From the IMG/VR virus record IMGVR_UViG_3300032116_000009: a DNA stretch of 64,000 nt. The stretch is one strand, 5' to 3'. Position 1 is the stretch's first letter. Each line of letters opens with the position of its first letter. Origin of the DNA: a virus. Its lineage: Duplodnaviria; Caudoviricetes. The notes under the pieces are model-generated. The model ran no database searches. It was not told the origin of the DNA and saw only the letters and a list, made by a program, of their open reading frames with translations. Positions 37,569 to 46,853 of this stretch are shown in pieces. The translations under genes and the position numbers were made by a program.

Positions 37569-39893
37569 ATGGCATACTTTACAGAACTACCAAACGTTGA
37601 ATATGTAAATAGATTTCCAAATACGAAATCTAATGATGAAACAACTTTAGCAAAAAATATATTCAGAAGAGTAAAAGTAAGAGAAGATTTAATATCAGTT
37701 TTTGCTGGATTTGAATATTATACTATTGTTGAAGGAGAGAGACCAGATCAAATAGCAGAAAAACTATATGGAGATGCAGGTCTTGATTGGGTTATCTTAG
37801 TTTCAAATAATATTATCAATTACTACGATCAGTGGCCATTAACTGTAAATGAGTTTAATAACTATTTAATCAGTAAATATGGAACTGAAGATGCATTACA
37901 GGAGATACATCACTATGAAACTATAGAATTAAGAGATTCATTTAATAGAGTTGTACTTCCAAAAGATTTAATTGTAGATGAAACATTTTATAATGCTCCA
38001 GAATATGAAACAATCACAGAAACTCCTCCTGGAATCACATTTCCTCCGATTTATTTAAATCCTGTTGTTGCAATTACTTCATGCATTATAGAAAGTGGTG
38101 GAGTTACAGAAATTGATATTATAGAAGAAGGTTTTGGTTATAAACAAGTACCAAAACTAACCTTCTCAGAGCCCACCATCACAAGTTCAGCGTCAGCATC
38201 TGTTGGAATTCAAAGTTTTAGGGTATCTTCTGTTACATCATTAACTTCTGGATTTGGATATAAATCTGTACCTGTAGTATCCATTTCAACGGCTCCAACT
38301 TCAATCCAAGCAGTAGGAGTTAGTTCTCTAGGTCAAACAGAATTCACTGGAGGTACAGTAGTAAGTGTAGAAATTACTAATTCTGGATGTGGATATGGAT
38401 TAACTCCCCCATCAGTATCCTTCAGTTTACCACAAAACTTTATCTCAAATACCATCTACAGAGAACAATCTCCAGTTTCTGTTGGAAATCAAATAGAAGG
38501 GATGTATGTAAAATCTGATGGATATAAAGTCTATACTGCAAGCACTATAGGATCAAATCTAATTAAAGAATTTACGTTGTCTACAGCTTGGAATATTACA
38601 ACTCTTTCTTTATCTTATGAATTAGATGTTAGTGCAGTATTCGGTTATTGTACTGGAATAGAATTTAGTCCAGATGGAACTAAAATGTTTGTTACTGGTG
38701 GACTTAGTGGTAATTTCTTTGTTGCTGCTTATAATTTATCCACACCATGGTCAATATCCACAGCAACATATGTAAATCAAACTTCATTGACAGCTCCTGG
38801 TGGTGTTAGATTCAAGTCTGATGGTTCTAGGATGTATTCATTAAACATGGACTCCCCAGATTCCATTGAAGAATATACATTATCATCGGCATGGAACGTT
38901 ACAACGAAATCTTTCGTAGCCTCATATAATATAGAAACACCAACAGGAGACAATGAGATTATTGGATTTTCTTTCTTGAATGGTGGAAATAAAATGTATG
39001 CAACTGGACTATCAAACTCCACAGTATATGAATTTAATTTAAATTCCTGGGACTTAACAACCTTAACATTCAGTAGTTTCCTATATGTTGGAGATAGAAT
39101 TCCAAATCCATCCGATGCATTTATAAGTTCAGATGTAGAACACTTATTGGTATCTGGTGGGTCTGGAGATTCTATATTTGAATATTCCATAAAAGTCAGA
39201 GCTAAAGGAACCGCAAACTTAGTTAATGGATCTCTTAATTCCATTACTATTTCCGAAGTTGGATTTGGATACACGACAGCCCCATCGGTAACGATTGGTG
39301 CTCCATATCCAGCAGTAAATGCAACGGCAACGGCTACAGTAGTTGATGGATCTGTATTGTCTGTCAATATTACTAATGCTGGATTCGGTTATACTATCGC
39401 ACCTACGGTCACGATTGCTCAAGCACCAACTTATTCAAGAGCAACAGGAATTGCTTCAGTAGTTGATGGAAAAATATCAGCAATTACAATTACTTCTCCA
39501 GGAGAAAATTATGATAACCCTCCGTCAATAACTTTTGATATATCACCAGAACAGGTTCTCAATGTAGAAGTTGACGAAACTTACACTCAAAATAACAAAA
39601 TTTGGAAATGGAATGGAACCGCATGGCAAGAACAAATCACAAGACCATTCCAATTCTTAGATGGATTGAATATAATTAGTGTAAATGGTAGTGGTATTTC
39701 CAAACCGATAACGAATTTGGAATATGAATTAAGATTAAACGAAGAAAAAACTTTAATTATTGTACCAAAACCATCATATATTTCTACTATTATTGATGAT
39801 CTAAAGAAAATTATGAAGTATAATAAAGATTCTGAAAACGTAGTTTCATCTAAATTAAAGAGAACTTATAATCCTAAATTTACTGGAGTATAA
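37569..39893 (+). CDS. gp53: Baseplate wedge subunit, enlarged by internal insertion
   Basis: MAYF..LPNVEY, LysM-like GERPDQIAEKLYG...DWVIL..N, WPL, IHHYET; C-terminal TNLEYE..LNEEK..I. Confidence 0.85.
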   Translation: MAYFTELPNVEYVNRFPNTKSNDETTLAKNIFRRVKVREDLISVFAGFEYYTIVEGERPDQIAEKLYGDAGLDWVILVSNNIINYYDQWPLTVNEFNNYLISKYGTEDALQEIHHYETIELRDSFNRVVLPKDLIVDETFYNAPEYETITETPPGITFPPIYLNPVVAITSCIIESGGVTEIDIIEEGFGYKQVPKLTFSEPTITSSASASVGIQSFRVSSVTSLTSGFGYKSVPVVSISTAPTSIQAVGVSSLGQTEFTGGTVVSVEITNSGCGYGLTPPSVSFSLPQNFISNTIYREQSPVSVGNQIEGMYVKSDGYKVYTASTIGSNLIKEFTLSTAWNITTLSLSYELDVSAVFGYCTGIEFSPDGTKMFVTGGLSGNFFVAAYNLSTPWSISTATYVNQTSLTAPGGVRFKSDGSRMYSLNMDSPDSIEEYTLSSAWNVTTKSFVASYNIETPTGDNEIIGFSFLNGGNKMYATGLSNSTVYEFNLNSWDLTTLTFSSFLYVGDRIPNPSDAFISSDVEHLLVSGGSGDSIFEYSIKVRAKGTANLVNGSLNSITISEVGFGYTTAPSVTIGAPYPAVNATATATVVDGSVLSVNITNAGFGYTIAPTVTIAQAPTYSRATGIASVVDGKISAITITSPGENYDNPPSITFDISPEQVLNVEVDETYTQNNKIWKWNGTAWQEQITRPFQFLDGLNIISVNGSGISKPITNLEYELRLNEEKTLIIVPKPSYISTIIDDLKKIMKYNKDSENVVSSKLKRTYNPKFTGV

Positions 39894-39931
39894 AAAAACC
39901 CTGGCTTCCAAAAAAGCCAGGGAATTTTTTT
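39892..39931. terminator. Bidirectional intrinsic terminator between convergent gp53 and gp32
   Basis: A7-CCCTGGCT...AGCCAGGG-AA-T7. Confidence 0.85.
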
Positions 39932-39942
39932 CGGACTATTTT

Positions 39943-40872
39943 TCAGCTCTCAGCTAGTTTTTGAAAGTAACTCAGAGCATCATCTGCATCTTCATCATCT
40001 TCCTCATCACGAGACACTGGTTTAGAGATTTCAAAGGAAGGAGTAGACCGCTTAGGAGAAGGTTCTCCACGACGTTCGGCTTCCCACTCTTCTTCTTCTG
40101 CAACTACTTCAGGGTCTTGATTCTTAGGGACACCACGAACCCCCAGAGTGTAGTCTAGGCGCTTCTTCAGTTCTTCATAGGACTTGAAGTTCTTTGCGTC
40201 ACTGAACTCATTGAGATCGTTCAGGTTCTTGTAGATGCGTTCCAGTTTGTCATCATCATCCGAAAGTGCAGAAGGACGATCAAACTCAGACTTATCATAG
40301 TTCCAGTAACCTTCGACCTTACGGATCTTCAGTTTGAAGTTAGCACCAGCCCAGAAGTCGAAAGGATTAATAGCTTCCTCATCTGCAAACTGTGGTTGCA
40401 TCGCTTCGGTAATCTTGTCAAAGATTTTCTTACCGAATTTATAAAGGAATACACGACCTTCGTTCTCAGGGTGTGCAGGATCACTCACCACATAGATGTT
40501 GGCGTAATAAGAGAGTTTGCGTTTTTGTTTCCGAGCAATCTCCTTATCACGATCAGATCCAGAGTTCCACAGAACACGATTGTGTTCAGACACAGGATCT
40601 TTTTGTCCCAGAGTTGTCAGAGAGTTTTCGATGTACCAACCACCAGGACCTTGGAAAGCATGACTCCATACTTGGGCCCAAGGAAGTTCACATCCTTCGG
40701 GTGCGGGGAGGAATCGGATAACTGCATAACCATTTCCGGCTTTGTCTACTTCAGGTTTCCAGAAACGTTCATCAGATCCACCTTCTCCACTATTCAGTTT
40801 TTCAACTTGTTTGATCAGTTTTTCAGTCAGCGAACCAGCGCGGGACTGTTTCTTGAGATCAGCAAAAGACAT
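39943..40872 (-). CDS. gp32: Single-stranded DNA-binding protein
   Basis: DERFWKPEVDKAGNGYAVIRFLPA, GWYIENSLTT, FGKKIFDKI, NYDKSEF, acidic tail ending YFQKLAE. Confidence 0.97.
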   Translation of the reverse strand: MSFADLKKQSRAGSLTEKLIKQVEKLNSGEGGSDERFWKPEVDKAGNGYAVIRFLPAPEGCELPWAQVWSHAFQGPGGWYIENSLTTLGQKDPVSEHNRVLWNSGSDRDKEIARKQKRKLSYYANIYVVSDPAHPENEGRVFLYKFGKKIFDKITEAMQPQFADEEAINPFDFWAGANFKLKIRKVEGYWNYDKSEFDRPSALSDDDDKLERIYKNLNDLNEFSDAKNFKSYEELKKRLDYTLGVRGVPKNQDPEVVAEEEEWEAERRGEPSPKRSTPSFEISKPVSRDEEDDEDADDALSYFQKLAES

Positions 40873-40914
40873 TTGTATTCTCCGTATTGAGTGTATTTGG
40901 CCTTTGGGACGACT

Positions 40915-40943
40915 TTAGTTTACCGCAGTGAACTGGGGATGTC
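40915..40943 (-). promoter_or_regulatory. Sigma70-type promoter of gp32
   Basis: Minus strand TTGACA-TCCCCAGTTCACTGCGG-TAAACT (17-nt spacer); coordinates approximate. Confidence 0.7.
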
Positions 40944-40958
40944 AAGCCCCATCTAGAA

Positions 40959-41531
40959 TTATTTTTTCTTGGTTGGTTTCGTTTGAGGTTCATTACGAAC
41001 GTAAACTTTTTGTTTACCAAACTGTTGTGCAGTAATATTTGGTTTTCCAACCACATCTCTTGCAGTCGAAAGAGAAAGATCATAACTAGTTTTCTTATTG
41101 TAATCTCCTGCAGGCCCAAAATTTCCAGTGTCTTGGACAGAAGTTTTTGCAACGGGTGTAACTCCAGGAGCTCTAGTCATGTGAAGTTTAGTTCCAAATG
41201 GTGTAGATGGTTTGGAACTAGTTTTAGATGCATAAGGAACTGCAACTAATTTTTGTTTGTCATCAAACTTATGTCCACTAGCGGTTAGTGATCCAGGAGT
41301 ATCTGCCTTACTATATGAACTTACATTCACTGGTTTCCATCCATATCTCTTTTGTTCATCACCAGTATGAGCTCTTTGAGTAAATTTTCCTGTTGATTTA
41401 TCAAGTACTCCTGGTTGATAGTTTTTATAAGCAAGAACTTGTTTATTTGGTTTGGGTTTTGGTTTTTGACCAAATCCAAATAGTTCTTGTACTTGATAAG
41501 CTTCTGTGCAGAATTGTTTGAAAGTCTTCAT
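40959..41531 (-). CDS. RlpA-like double-psi beta-barrel protein with T4 internal-protein-type N-terminus
   Basis: N-terminus MKTFKQFCTE; SSY...TASG.KF...PFGTKL...V.DTG.F...YDLS..TA. Confidence 0.7.
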   Translation of the reverse strand: MKTFKQFCTEAYQVQELFGFGQKPKPKPNKQVLAYKNYQPGVLDKSTGKFTQRAHTGDEQKRYGWKPVNVSSYSKADTPGSLTASGHKFDDKQKLVAVPYASKTSSKPSTPFGTKLHMTRAPGVTPVAKTSVQDTGNFGPAGDYNKKTSYDLSLSTARDVVGKPNITAQQFGKQKVYVRNEPQTKPTKKK

Positions 41532-41800
41532 TAGTCTTTAGGCATTTCTTCTGGATTTTCTAGAGCCACCTCGAAAAGAAGTGGATGACATAGTTCATCA
41601 ATCAGATAATTAGACCACCTATACATATCTTCAGATGTGTATGAATAATTATCTTCAGCTTCCATTTGAATATAAGGATCTTGTTGCATAATTAAAGGAA
41701 TATCATCAAATGTAAAAGGAATTCCATTGATGAAATACATGTCTACAATCTCACCATTGTGATAACAATATGCGGAGGTGATTTTGTAGTGGTAGGACAT
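41531..41800 (-). CDS. Conserved cyanophage hypothetical protein
   Basis: 89-aa ORF, MYFINGIPFTFDD. Confidence 0.7.
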   Translation of the reverse strand: MSYHYKITSAYCYHNGEIVDMYFINGIPFTFDDIPLIMQQDPYIQMEAEDNYSYTSEDMYRWSNYLIDELCHPLLFEVALENPEEMPKD

Positions 41801-41801
41801 G

Positions 41802-42134
41802 TTATTCTATTTCTGCAATTTTATCTAGTCTTTCTAGAGTATTTTCCATTTCAGAAAATAACTCATTGACATTATTACCATTAAACCCAAGAAACTCTGC
41901 AGCTTCTTCAATTCTTTGTTTCATTTCTAGTGCTTCTGGGTCATCAGAAAGTGAGAGACGAAAGTATAAATTCTTCTGTTTCTCTAGAAAAGTTCTCATC
42001 AGTTCTACATGTTCCTTCTTTTCTTCCCTATTCATCATGGGAGCTTTAAAGGTTTCTCTAATAATACGTTGTTGAAGTTCTTCCATCTCTTTGATGGATT
42101 CTCTTACAATTTCGGATTGAAAAAATCCACTCAC
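41802..42134 (-). CDS. DUF1825-like cyanobacterial/cyanophage protein
   Basis: FFQSEIV.E..KE...LQ; F.RL.LSDDPEA. Confidence 0.65.
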   Translation of the reverse strand: MSGFFQSEIVRESIKEMEELQQRIIRETFKAPMMNREEKKEHVELMRTFLEKQKNLYFRLSLSDDPEALEMKQRIEEAAEFLGFNGNNVNELFSEMENTLERLDKIAEIE

Positions 42135-42721
42135 AATACAATCTCCTTTAGTGTCTGTGTGTACTTTTCCTTATCAATATTTAGGAAAGACTTGTATTTT
42201 TTTATACGCAAACTGACGGATTCCCACACAGGATCTAGTAGTTTTTTATCAAATTTTTTAGAAAAATTTAGGATTATATCCATTATAACGAAAGTTTCTA
42301 TGGATATTGCGTTTTGTAGATATTTTTTAAGAATATCTGGGTGAGATGAACCTTTAATCTCAAATAATGAATCAAAAGAATCTTTATGTAGAAACACTTC
42401 AGCCTCAGTTTTGAAGAGATAAGAAAGACTTTGTGATCTTTTTAACCAGTTGGTGTAATTTTTTTCACCTGACTCAATAATTTCACCGATCCAGAGTTTA
42501 GAAGGATCATCACATTCTACAAAATTAGCCAAGAAGTATTGACGGATCTCGTCATCAGATTTCTGACGAGACATACGTTCAAAGAAGTAACGATCTTTCC
42601 TTTTGTTAAAGGACTCTGTTGAAGCCCTGGACTTTCCGCAATATTGAAAATAATCGTAGTTTGGTTTAGTGAAATGATTCTTGAATGCCAGGTATGTTTT
42701 ATATACCTCTATTGGCGTCAT
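42131..42721 (-). CDS. gp59: Helicase loader
   Basis: YK.YLA.KNHFT...YDYF.Y.G, F.KRKDRYFFE, FLANF. Confidence 0.9.
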   Translation of the reverse strand: MTPIEVYKTYLAFKNHFTKPNYDYFQYCGKSRASTESFNKRKDRYFFERMSRQKSDDEIRQYFLANFVECDDPSKLWIGEIIESGEKNYTNWLKRSQSLSYLFKTEAEVFLHKDSFDSLFEIKGSSHPDILKKYLQNAISIETFVIMDIILNFSKKFDKKLLDPVWESVSLRIKKYKSFLNIDKEKYTQTLKEIVL

Positions 42722-42984
42722 CAGAATACTAATTTAGCACGACTTGTTTTTTTAAGAAAATTAAGTTGGGTTGCTTCGTTTCTTAATTTTTCTTTTAGTG
42801 GTTTAGAAATTAACTTTGATATCGATTCAAATTCAATTCCATTTTCTTCACAATAGGTTACAATAGCCTCTATGTAATTAATTTTAGATGTCATTACAAG
42901 ATACTCGATATCCTGTGCAAACTTTGACTGACAAAGAAACTTTTCTTTTATTAGTGAGTCTACTTGTTCAGTATTGTTATACAT
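42721..42984 (-). CDS. gp33: Late transcription coactivator
   Basis: F...IE......NYIEAI...CEEN.IE.E...KLISKPLKEKL..EA..LNFL; start moved to MYNN at 42984. Confidence 0.88.
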   Translation of the reverse strand: MYNNTEQVDSLIKEKFLCQSKFAQDIEYLVMTSKINYIEAIVTYCEENGIEFESISKLISKPLKEKLRNEATQLNFLKKTSRAKLVF

Positions 42985-43654
42985 AGGTTTCTGTTTTGTG
43001 AGTGACGAACTCTCGGATGTATTTGGTAAGAAGTTTAATATAGTGATCCTTGTTTCTTTTTTCATAGACAAAACATTCTCCATTGTCAGCGACCATAATT
43101 GTAATCAATTTTTTAACTGGAATACCAGTCATTTCATAATACATGCAAGCATATGCTGTTTCCTGGACAAAATAATTTTCAATCCATTCTTCTGGTTTTA
43201 TTTTCTTTGAAGTCTTGAAGTCAATAACTGCGAGCTCCCCTTCGTACTCTGCGATACAATCAACTCTGCCCGCAAGTCCGAAATAGTCACTATAGAGCGA
43301 CTTTTCCAAAGCATGTATATTATTTATACGATCAAGATAAGGTTTTGCCGCAAGAAATAGAAACTTCGTTACAGGAAGAGGATTGTATTTGTCAATGTCT
43401 TCATTCAACAAATACTTTTCAACAATGTCATGAAATTTTGTTCCTCGATCTGTTGCAACCTTAGTGATCTTATTGGCTTCTTCTTCACCAACTTTCTTAC
43501 GCCAATCAATGAATTTTTGTCTTCCGTAAAAACTAGTTACGGAAGTGATTGAAGGATATAATTTACCAGAAGGGACTCTGTAAAAACGAGTCCCTTCAAT
43601 CATTTCTGCTTGTAAATCAACTTCTTCTTTTAAATAATCTAAATGAACGAACAT
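42977..43654 (-). CDS. PD-(D/E)XK exonuclease (Cas4-like fold)
   Basis: YPSITSV, RGT.FH, AGRVDCIAEY.G.LAVIDFKTS, Q..AYA. Confidence 0.88.
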   Translation of the reverse strand: MFVHLDYLKEEVDLQAEMIEGTRFYRVPSGKLYPSITSVTSFYGRQKFIDWRKKVGEEEANKITKVATDRGTKFHDIVEKYLLNEDIDKYNPLPVTKFLFLAAKPYLDRINNIHALEKSLYSDYFGLAGRVDCIAEYEGELAVIDFKTSKKIKPEEWIENYFVQETAYACMYYEMTGIPVKKLITIMVADNGECFVYEKRNKDHYIKLLTKYIREFVTHKTETYV

Positions 43655-44412
43655 TACATACCTAGAGCCAATTTAGTAACAATGTAGTTTTTGACTAGTC
43701 CAGAACGAACAATATCATCAACTCCAAATTCAACCATTGAGAAATCATATGTCATTGCACGAATAATTTTCATGAAATCAATAATTCCATTTCTTTCATT
43801 GGTTTTAATTAAGTCAGATTGAGTTGCGTCACCACAAAAAACAATCCTACTATTTTCACCAATACGAGTAATTATACTATCTAATTCATGGAAGTTCAAG
43901 TTTTGCATTTCATCTACAAGGACAATTGCATTATCAAGAGTAGTACCACGAATAAAACTTGTAGACCAGAATGAAATTGTTTCTTGAGCTTTCAGATTAC
44001 CATAGAGCATTTCAAAGTCTGCATCTGATGGAAGTTCAAACATGTACTTACACATGTTCTTATAAGGAATTTGATAAAGACTAGACTTATCTTCATGGTC
44101 TCCTGGAAGGAAACCAATTTCACGAGTAGCAACAAGAGATCTTACAATGTAAACTTTTTCATAAGGAGTTCTTTCATCAAGAACGTCTCTAAGAGCAAGG
44201 TACAATCCTACAAATGTTTTACCAGTACCAGCAGCACCATAGGCAAAAACATTCTTTCCTTTTTTATATTCATCAAAGAATAATTTTTGATTGTCAGTTA
44301 GTGGAGAAATGTCCACCATCAAATCCGAATTAATGGGCTTTTTGCGCCTCATTTGTTTGGCACTCATTCCGACTCCAATGTTGCCAGTTGATGATTTTCT
44401 TGATCTTGCCAT
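43654..44412 (-). CDS. phoH: PhoH-family ATPase
   Basis: GAAGTGKT, GFLPG, FIRGTT, VDEMQN, GD..QSDL. Confidence 0.95.
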   Translation of the reverse strand: MARSRKSSTGNIGVGMSAKQMRRKKPINSDLMVDISPLTDNQKLFFDEYKKGKNVFAYGAAGTGKTFVGLYLALRDVLDERTPYEKVYIVRSLVATREIGFLPGDHEDKSSLYQIPYKNMCKYMFELPSDADFEMLYGNLKAQETISFWSTSFIRGTTLDNAIVLVDEMQNLNFHELDSIITRIGENSRIVFCGDATQSDLIKTNERNGIIDFMKIIRAMTYDFSMVEFGVDDIVRSGLVKNYIVTKLALGM

Positions 44413-44655
44413 TTAGAGTTTTTTTACAGTAGAACCAGGTGCTTTTGAGGCTTTGTGGAGAACATCATTCCAGCCTGGATTTCTGGAGATCAGTTTATCT
44501 TTCCACTCACCGACTTCACCGACAGAAGCACATCCTTGAGACCAATCTTTGTCCCAATTAGGATTGTCCTTCCTCCATTGTTCATAGTCTTTCACAGACA
44601 TTACGAGTTCTTGAGTTTCGCCAGTTTCAAGATTGATTACAGGATATGTGGGCAT
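44413..44655 (-). CDS. Conserved cyanophage protein (FmdB-like N-terminus)
   Basis: MPTYPV.N..TGE; late-type motif AATAAATA at 44685-44678. Confidence 0.7.
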   Translation of the reverse strand: MPTYPVINLETGETQELVMSVKDYEQWRKDNPNWDKDWSQGCASVGEVGEWKDKLISRNPGWNDVLHKASKAPGSTVKKL

Positions 44656-44680
44656 AAGATAATAATGACTATGAGTTTAT

Positions 44681-45484
44681 TTATTGGGTTATTTTTCGAG
44701 CAATGTAGTTTTGATTATCTACTTGTTCTACATTCCATTTTACCACAGGATCAACATAAAAGTCATCTCCTTTATATCTTTTGTACTTTTTCATATTAAG
44801 TACAGTATGGTGAGATAATATTGCATAGTCGATATAAGAATCAACATCTCTAGATTTTTTCACCAAAAGACTTTCAAGATCTTCTTTAATTTGTTGATTG
44901 GTGTGATATGCCTCAAAATTTTCTATTCTCTTTTTATTGTCATGTGAAAGAGTAAAAGCTGTTTGATGTGTGTGTCGTATTTTTTTATGTTTTAATCCAC
45001 ATAAGAGAAGTCTATTTACAATTTCATCGTCTTCCCAAGCTACAAACTCTCCCATATTTTCATTATACCCACCAATTTTTTGGTAGTTTTTTCTAGTAAC
45101 ATATAAAGTTCCCCATAGAGGTCTATAACATGGATGTGGTGGATTATACATTCCACTTACAAAACATGTATCATCTACTTCATATTGTTTGAAAAAATTA
45201 TAGTATGGATTCAAAATTGTATCCGAATCTAAGTTTAATATATTATCTCCTTTAGTCAAGCTAAATGCGAGATTTAATGACTGAGTTTTGTTAAAGTATT
45301 TTTGATCTGGAACATAAACTCTTTTTATTTTCTCACTAATCTTCAAGAGATGATCTGAAGACTTATCAGAACTCCAGTCTACGAATACAATTTCATCAAT
45401 TTCATCAAATAAAACCCAAGAATTTATGGATACACTAAGAGGATCTACCCTATTCATGCAAGCAGAAATTACCGACACACTCAT
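44681..45484 (-). CDS. GT2/GT7-like glycosyltransferase
   Basis: VS.I.ACMNR, IV.VDWSS, LNLA, DSD (DxD), GGYNE.M...WEDD. Confidence 0.8.
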   Translation of the reverse strand: MSVSVISACMNRVDPLSVSINSWVLFDEIDEIVFVDWSSDKSSDHLLKISEKIKRVYVPDQKYFNKTQSLNLAFSLTKGDNILNLDSDTILNPYYNFFKQYEVDDTCFVSGMYNPPHPCYRPLWGTLYVTRKNYQKIGGYNENMGEFVAWEDDEIVNRLLLCGLKHKKIRHTHQTAFTLSHDNKKRIENFEAYHTNQQIKEDLESLLVKKSRDVDSYIDYAILSHHTVLNMKKYKRYKGDDFYVDPVVKWNVEQVDNQNYIARKITQ

Positions 45485-45493
45485 TTTTAACTT

Positions 45494-46636
45494 TTAGATA
45501 TTTGTAGGCTCAATTTTCTTTAAAATCTGTTCGACATCATGTAGTTCTTCTTCTACATTTTCTACTTCTTCAGAGTTATCTTGAACTTCTTCTTCATCAT
45601 CACACTGAATCTCTTCCATAAGTCTTTCCAACTCAGAAAAAGTTTCTTCCTCTAAATTTTGAAGTTCATGAAGTTTTTCTTTTTCAAAAGCAACATCAAC
45701 TTCTAATTCGATTTTGTTATTCAGTTCTTCCAACTCTTCTGGTTTATAAAGTTCTTTTTTCTTAGCTAAAAAGACACCAGGGAGAACTTCTTTAGTTTTC
45801 CAGTCAAATAATTTATATCGATAATAGCCTTTCCTATCATCTATATGTCTTTTAACGTTTGGATTATTAATAAAGTTTTTAACTCCAAACTCATGCATGT
45901 TTTTCTCTTTATGTTCTCTAGCCAAATGAGAATATTTTACTAATTGAACAGATGGATCTAACAAACCTAACATACCTTGAGGATGTTCTTTACCAGTAGT
46001 TTCTTGATAGATCTCAAATGCATTCTCATCAAATTTTTCTGAAGACTCTTCATATCCTTCAAAATTTTCTACCCTAACCCTATCTGGATGTGGAATATGG
46101 ATAGCAGAAAGAACTTTTAAATGAATTGGTAACGCTTCCAATCCAAAGGTTCTTAGGCGCATTACTAATTCATCATCTTCAACAGCATAATATTTACCCA
46201 TCTTTTCATTAAATCCATTTACGTTAATAAAGTCTTCTTTTCTAACATAAAGAATTCCCCAAAGAGGATGCACACAAGGATCATCAACTTTATCATTAAT
46301 TCCAGTATAAAAAATACCTTTTCGACCGAAACTATGGATATTAAAAAAATTATAATAAGGATTTAGGATATGATCACAATCTAATTTGAGTATATTTTCT
46401 TGTGTTGCAAATCTAGCTGCAAGATTTAATGGTTGCGATTGATTGAAATATTCTTCATTATTAACTCTAATGACTTTGATTCTAGAACTCAAAGAAGCTA
46501 AATGATGAATAGGTTGATCAGAACTCCAATCAACAATAATAATTTCTTTTACTTCGTCAAATAACAACCAAGAACTCAAAGAAATTTTAAGAGCATTCAA
46601 CCTATTTTTACAGGCACATATAATAGATACAGACAT
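45494..46636 (-). CDS. GT2/GT7-like glycosyltransferase with acidic C-terminal extension
   Basis: Paralogue of 44681..45484: ACKNR, VDWSS, DCD, GFNE.M...EDD. Confidence 0.8.
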   Translation of the reverse strand: MSVSIICACKNRLNALKISLSSWLLFDEVKEIIIVDWSSDQPIHHLASLSSRIKVIRVNNEEYFNQSQPLNLAARFATQENILKLDCDHILNPYYNFFNIHSFGRKGIFYTGINDKVDDPCVHPLWGILYVRKEDFINVNGFNEKMGKYYAVEDDELVMRLRTFGLEALPIHLKVLSAIHIPHPDRVRVENFEGYEESSEKFDENAFEIYQETTGKEHPQGMLGLLDPSVQLVKYSHLAREHKEKNMHEFGVKNFINNPNVKRHIDDRKGYYRYKLFDWKTKEVLPGVFLAKKKELYKPEELEELNNKIELEVDVAFEKEKLHELQNLEEETFSELERLMEEIQCDDEEEVQDNSEEVENVEEELHDVEQILKKIEPTNI

Positions 46637-46637
46637 T

Positions 46638-46820
46638 TTATTGGCTCAACTCCATAATTGAATAATCTAAACTATGAATTTCTTCTGGATTTATTTCCTT
46701 TTTAACCATGTTTCCATCTTCATTATATTCTACAATCCACTTATCTTTATTTGAATTGTCTACAATTGTGCATGTTGTCCAACCATTGTCTTTGGATAGG
46801 GCTTGTGTTTGATAGTACAT
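46638..46820 (-). CDS. Hypothetical protein
   Basis: 60-aa ORF. Confidence 0.6.
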   Translation of the reverse strand: MYYQTQALSKDNGWTTCTIVDNSNKDKWIVEYNEDGNMVKKEINPEEIHSLDYSIMELSQ

Positions 46821-46853
46821 GATTATACCTCCTATAGGGGCAATTTTATATAG

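Noticed and set aside
42985-43083. Long N-terminal extension of gp33 (and of gp4 at 35031-35114) in the ORF track
   Set aside because: The extensions overlap neighbouring genes; downstream ATGs give normal protein sizes
42977-43654. Cas4-like nuclease as a sign of a CRISPR system
   Set aside because: It is the usual PD-(D/E)XK exonuclease between phoH and gp33 in T4-like cyanophages; I saw no repeat-spacer array or other cas genes in the window
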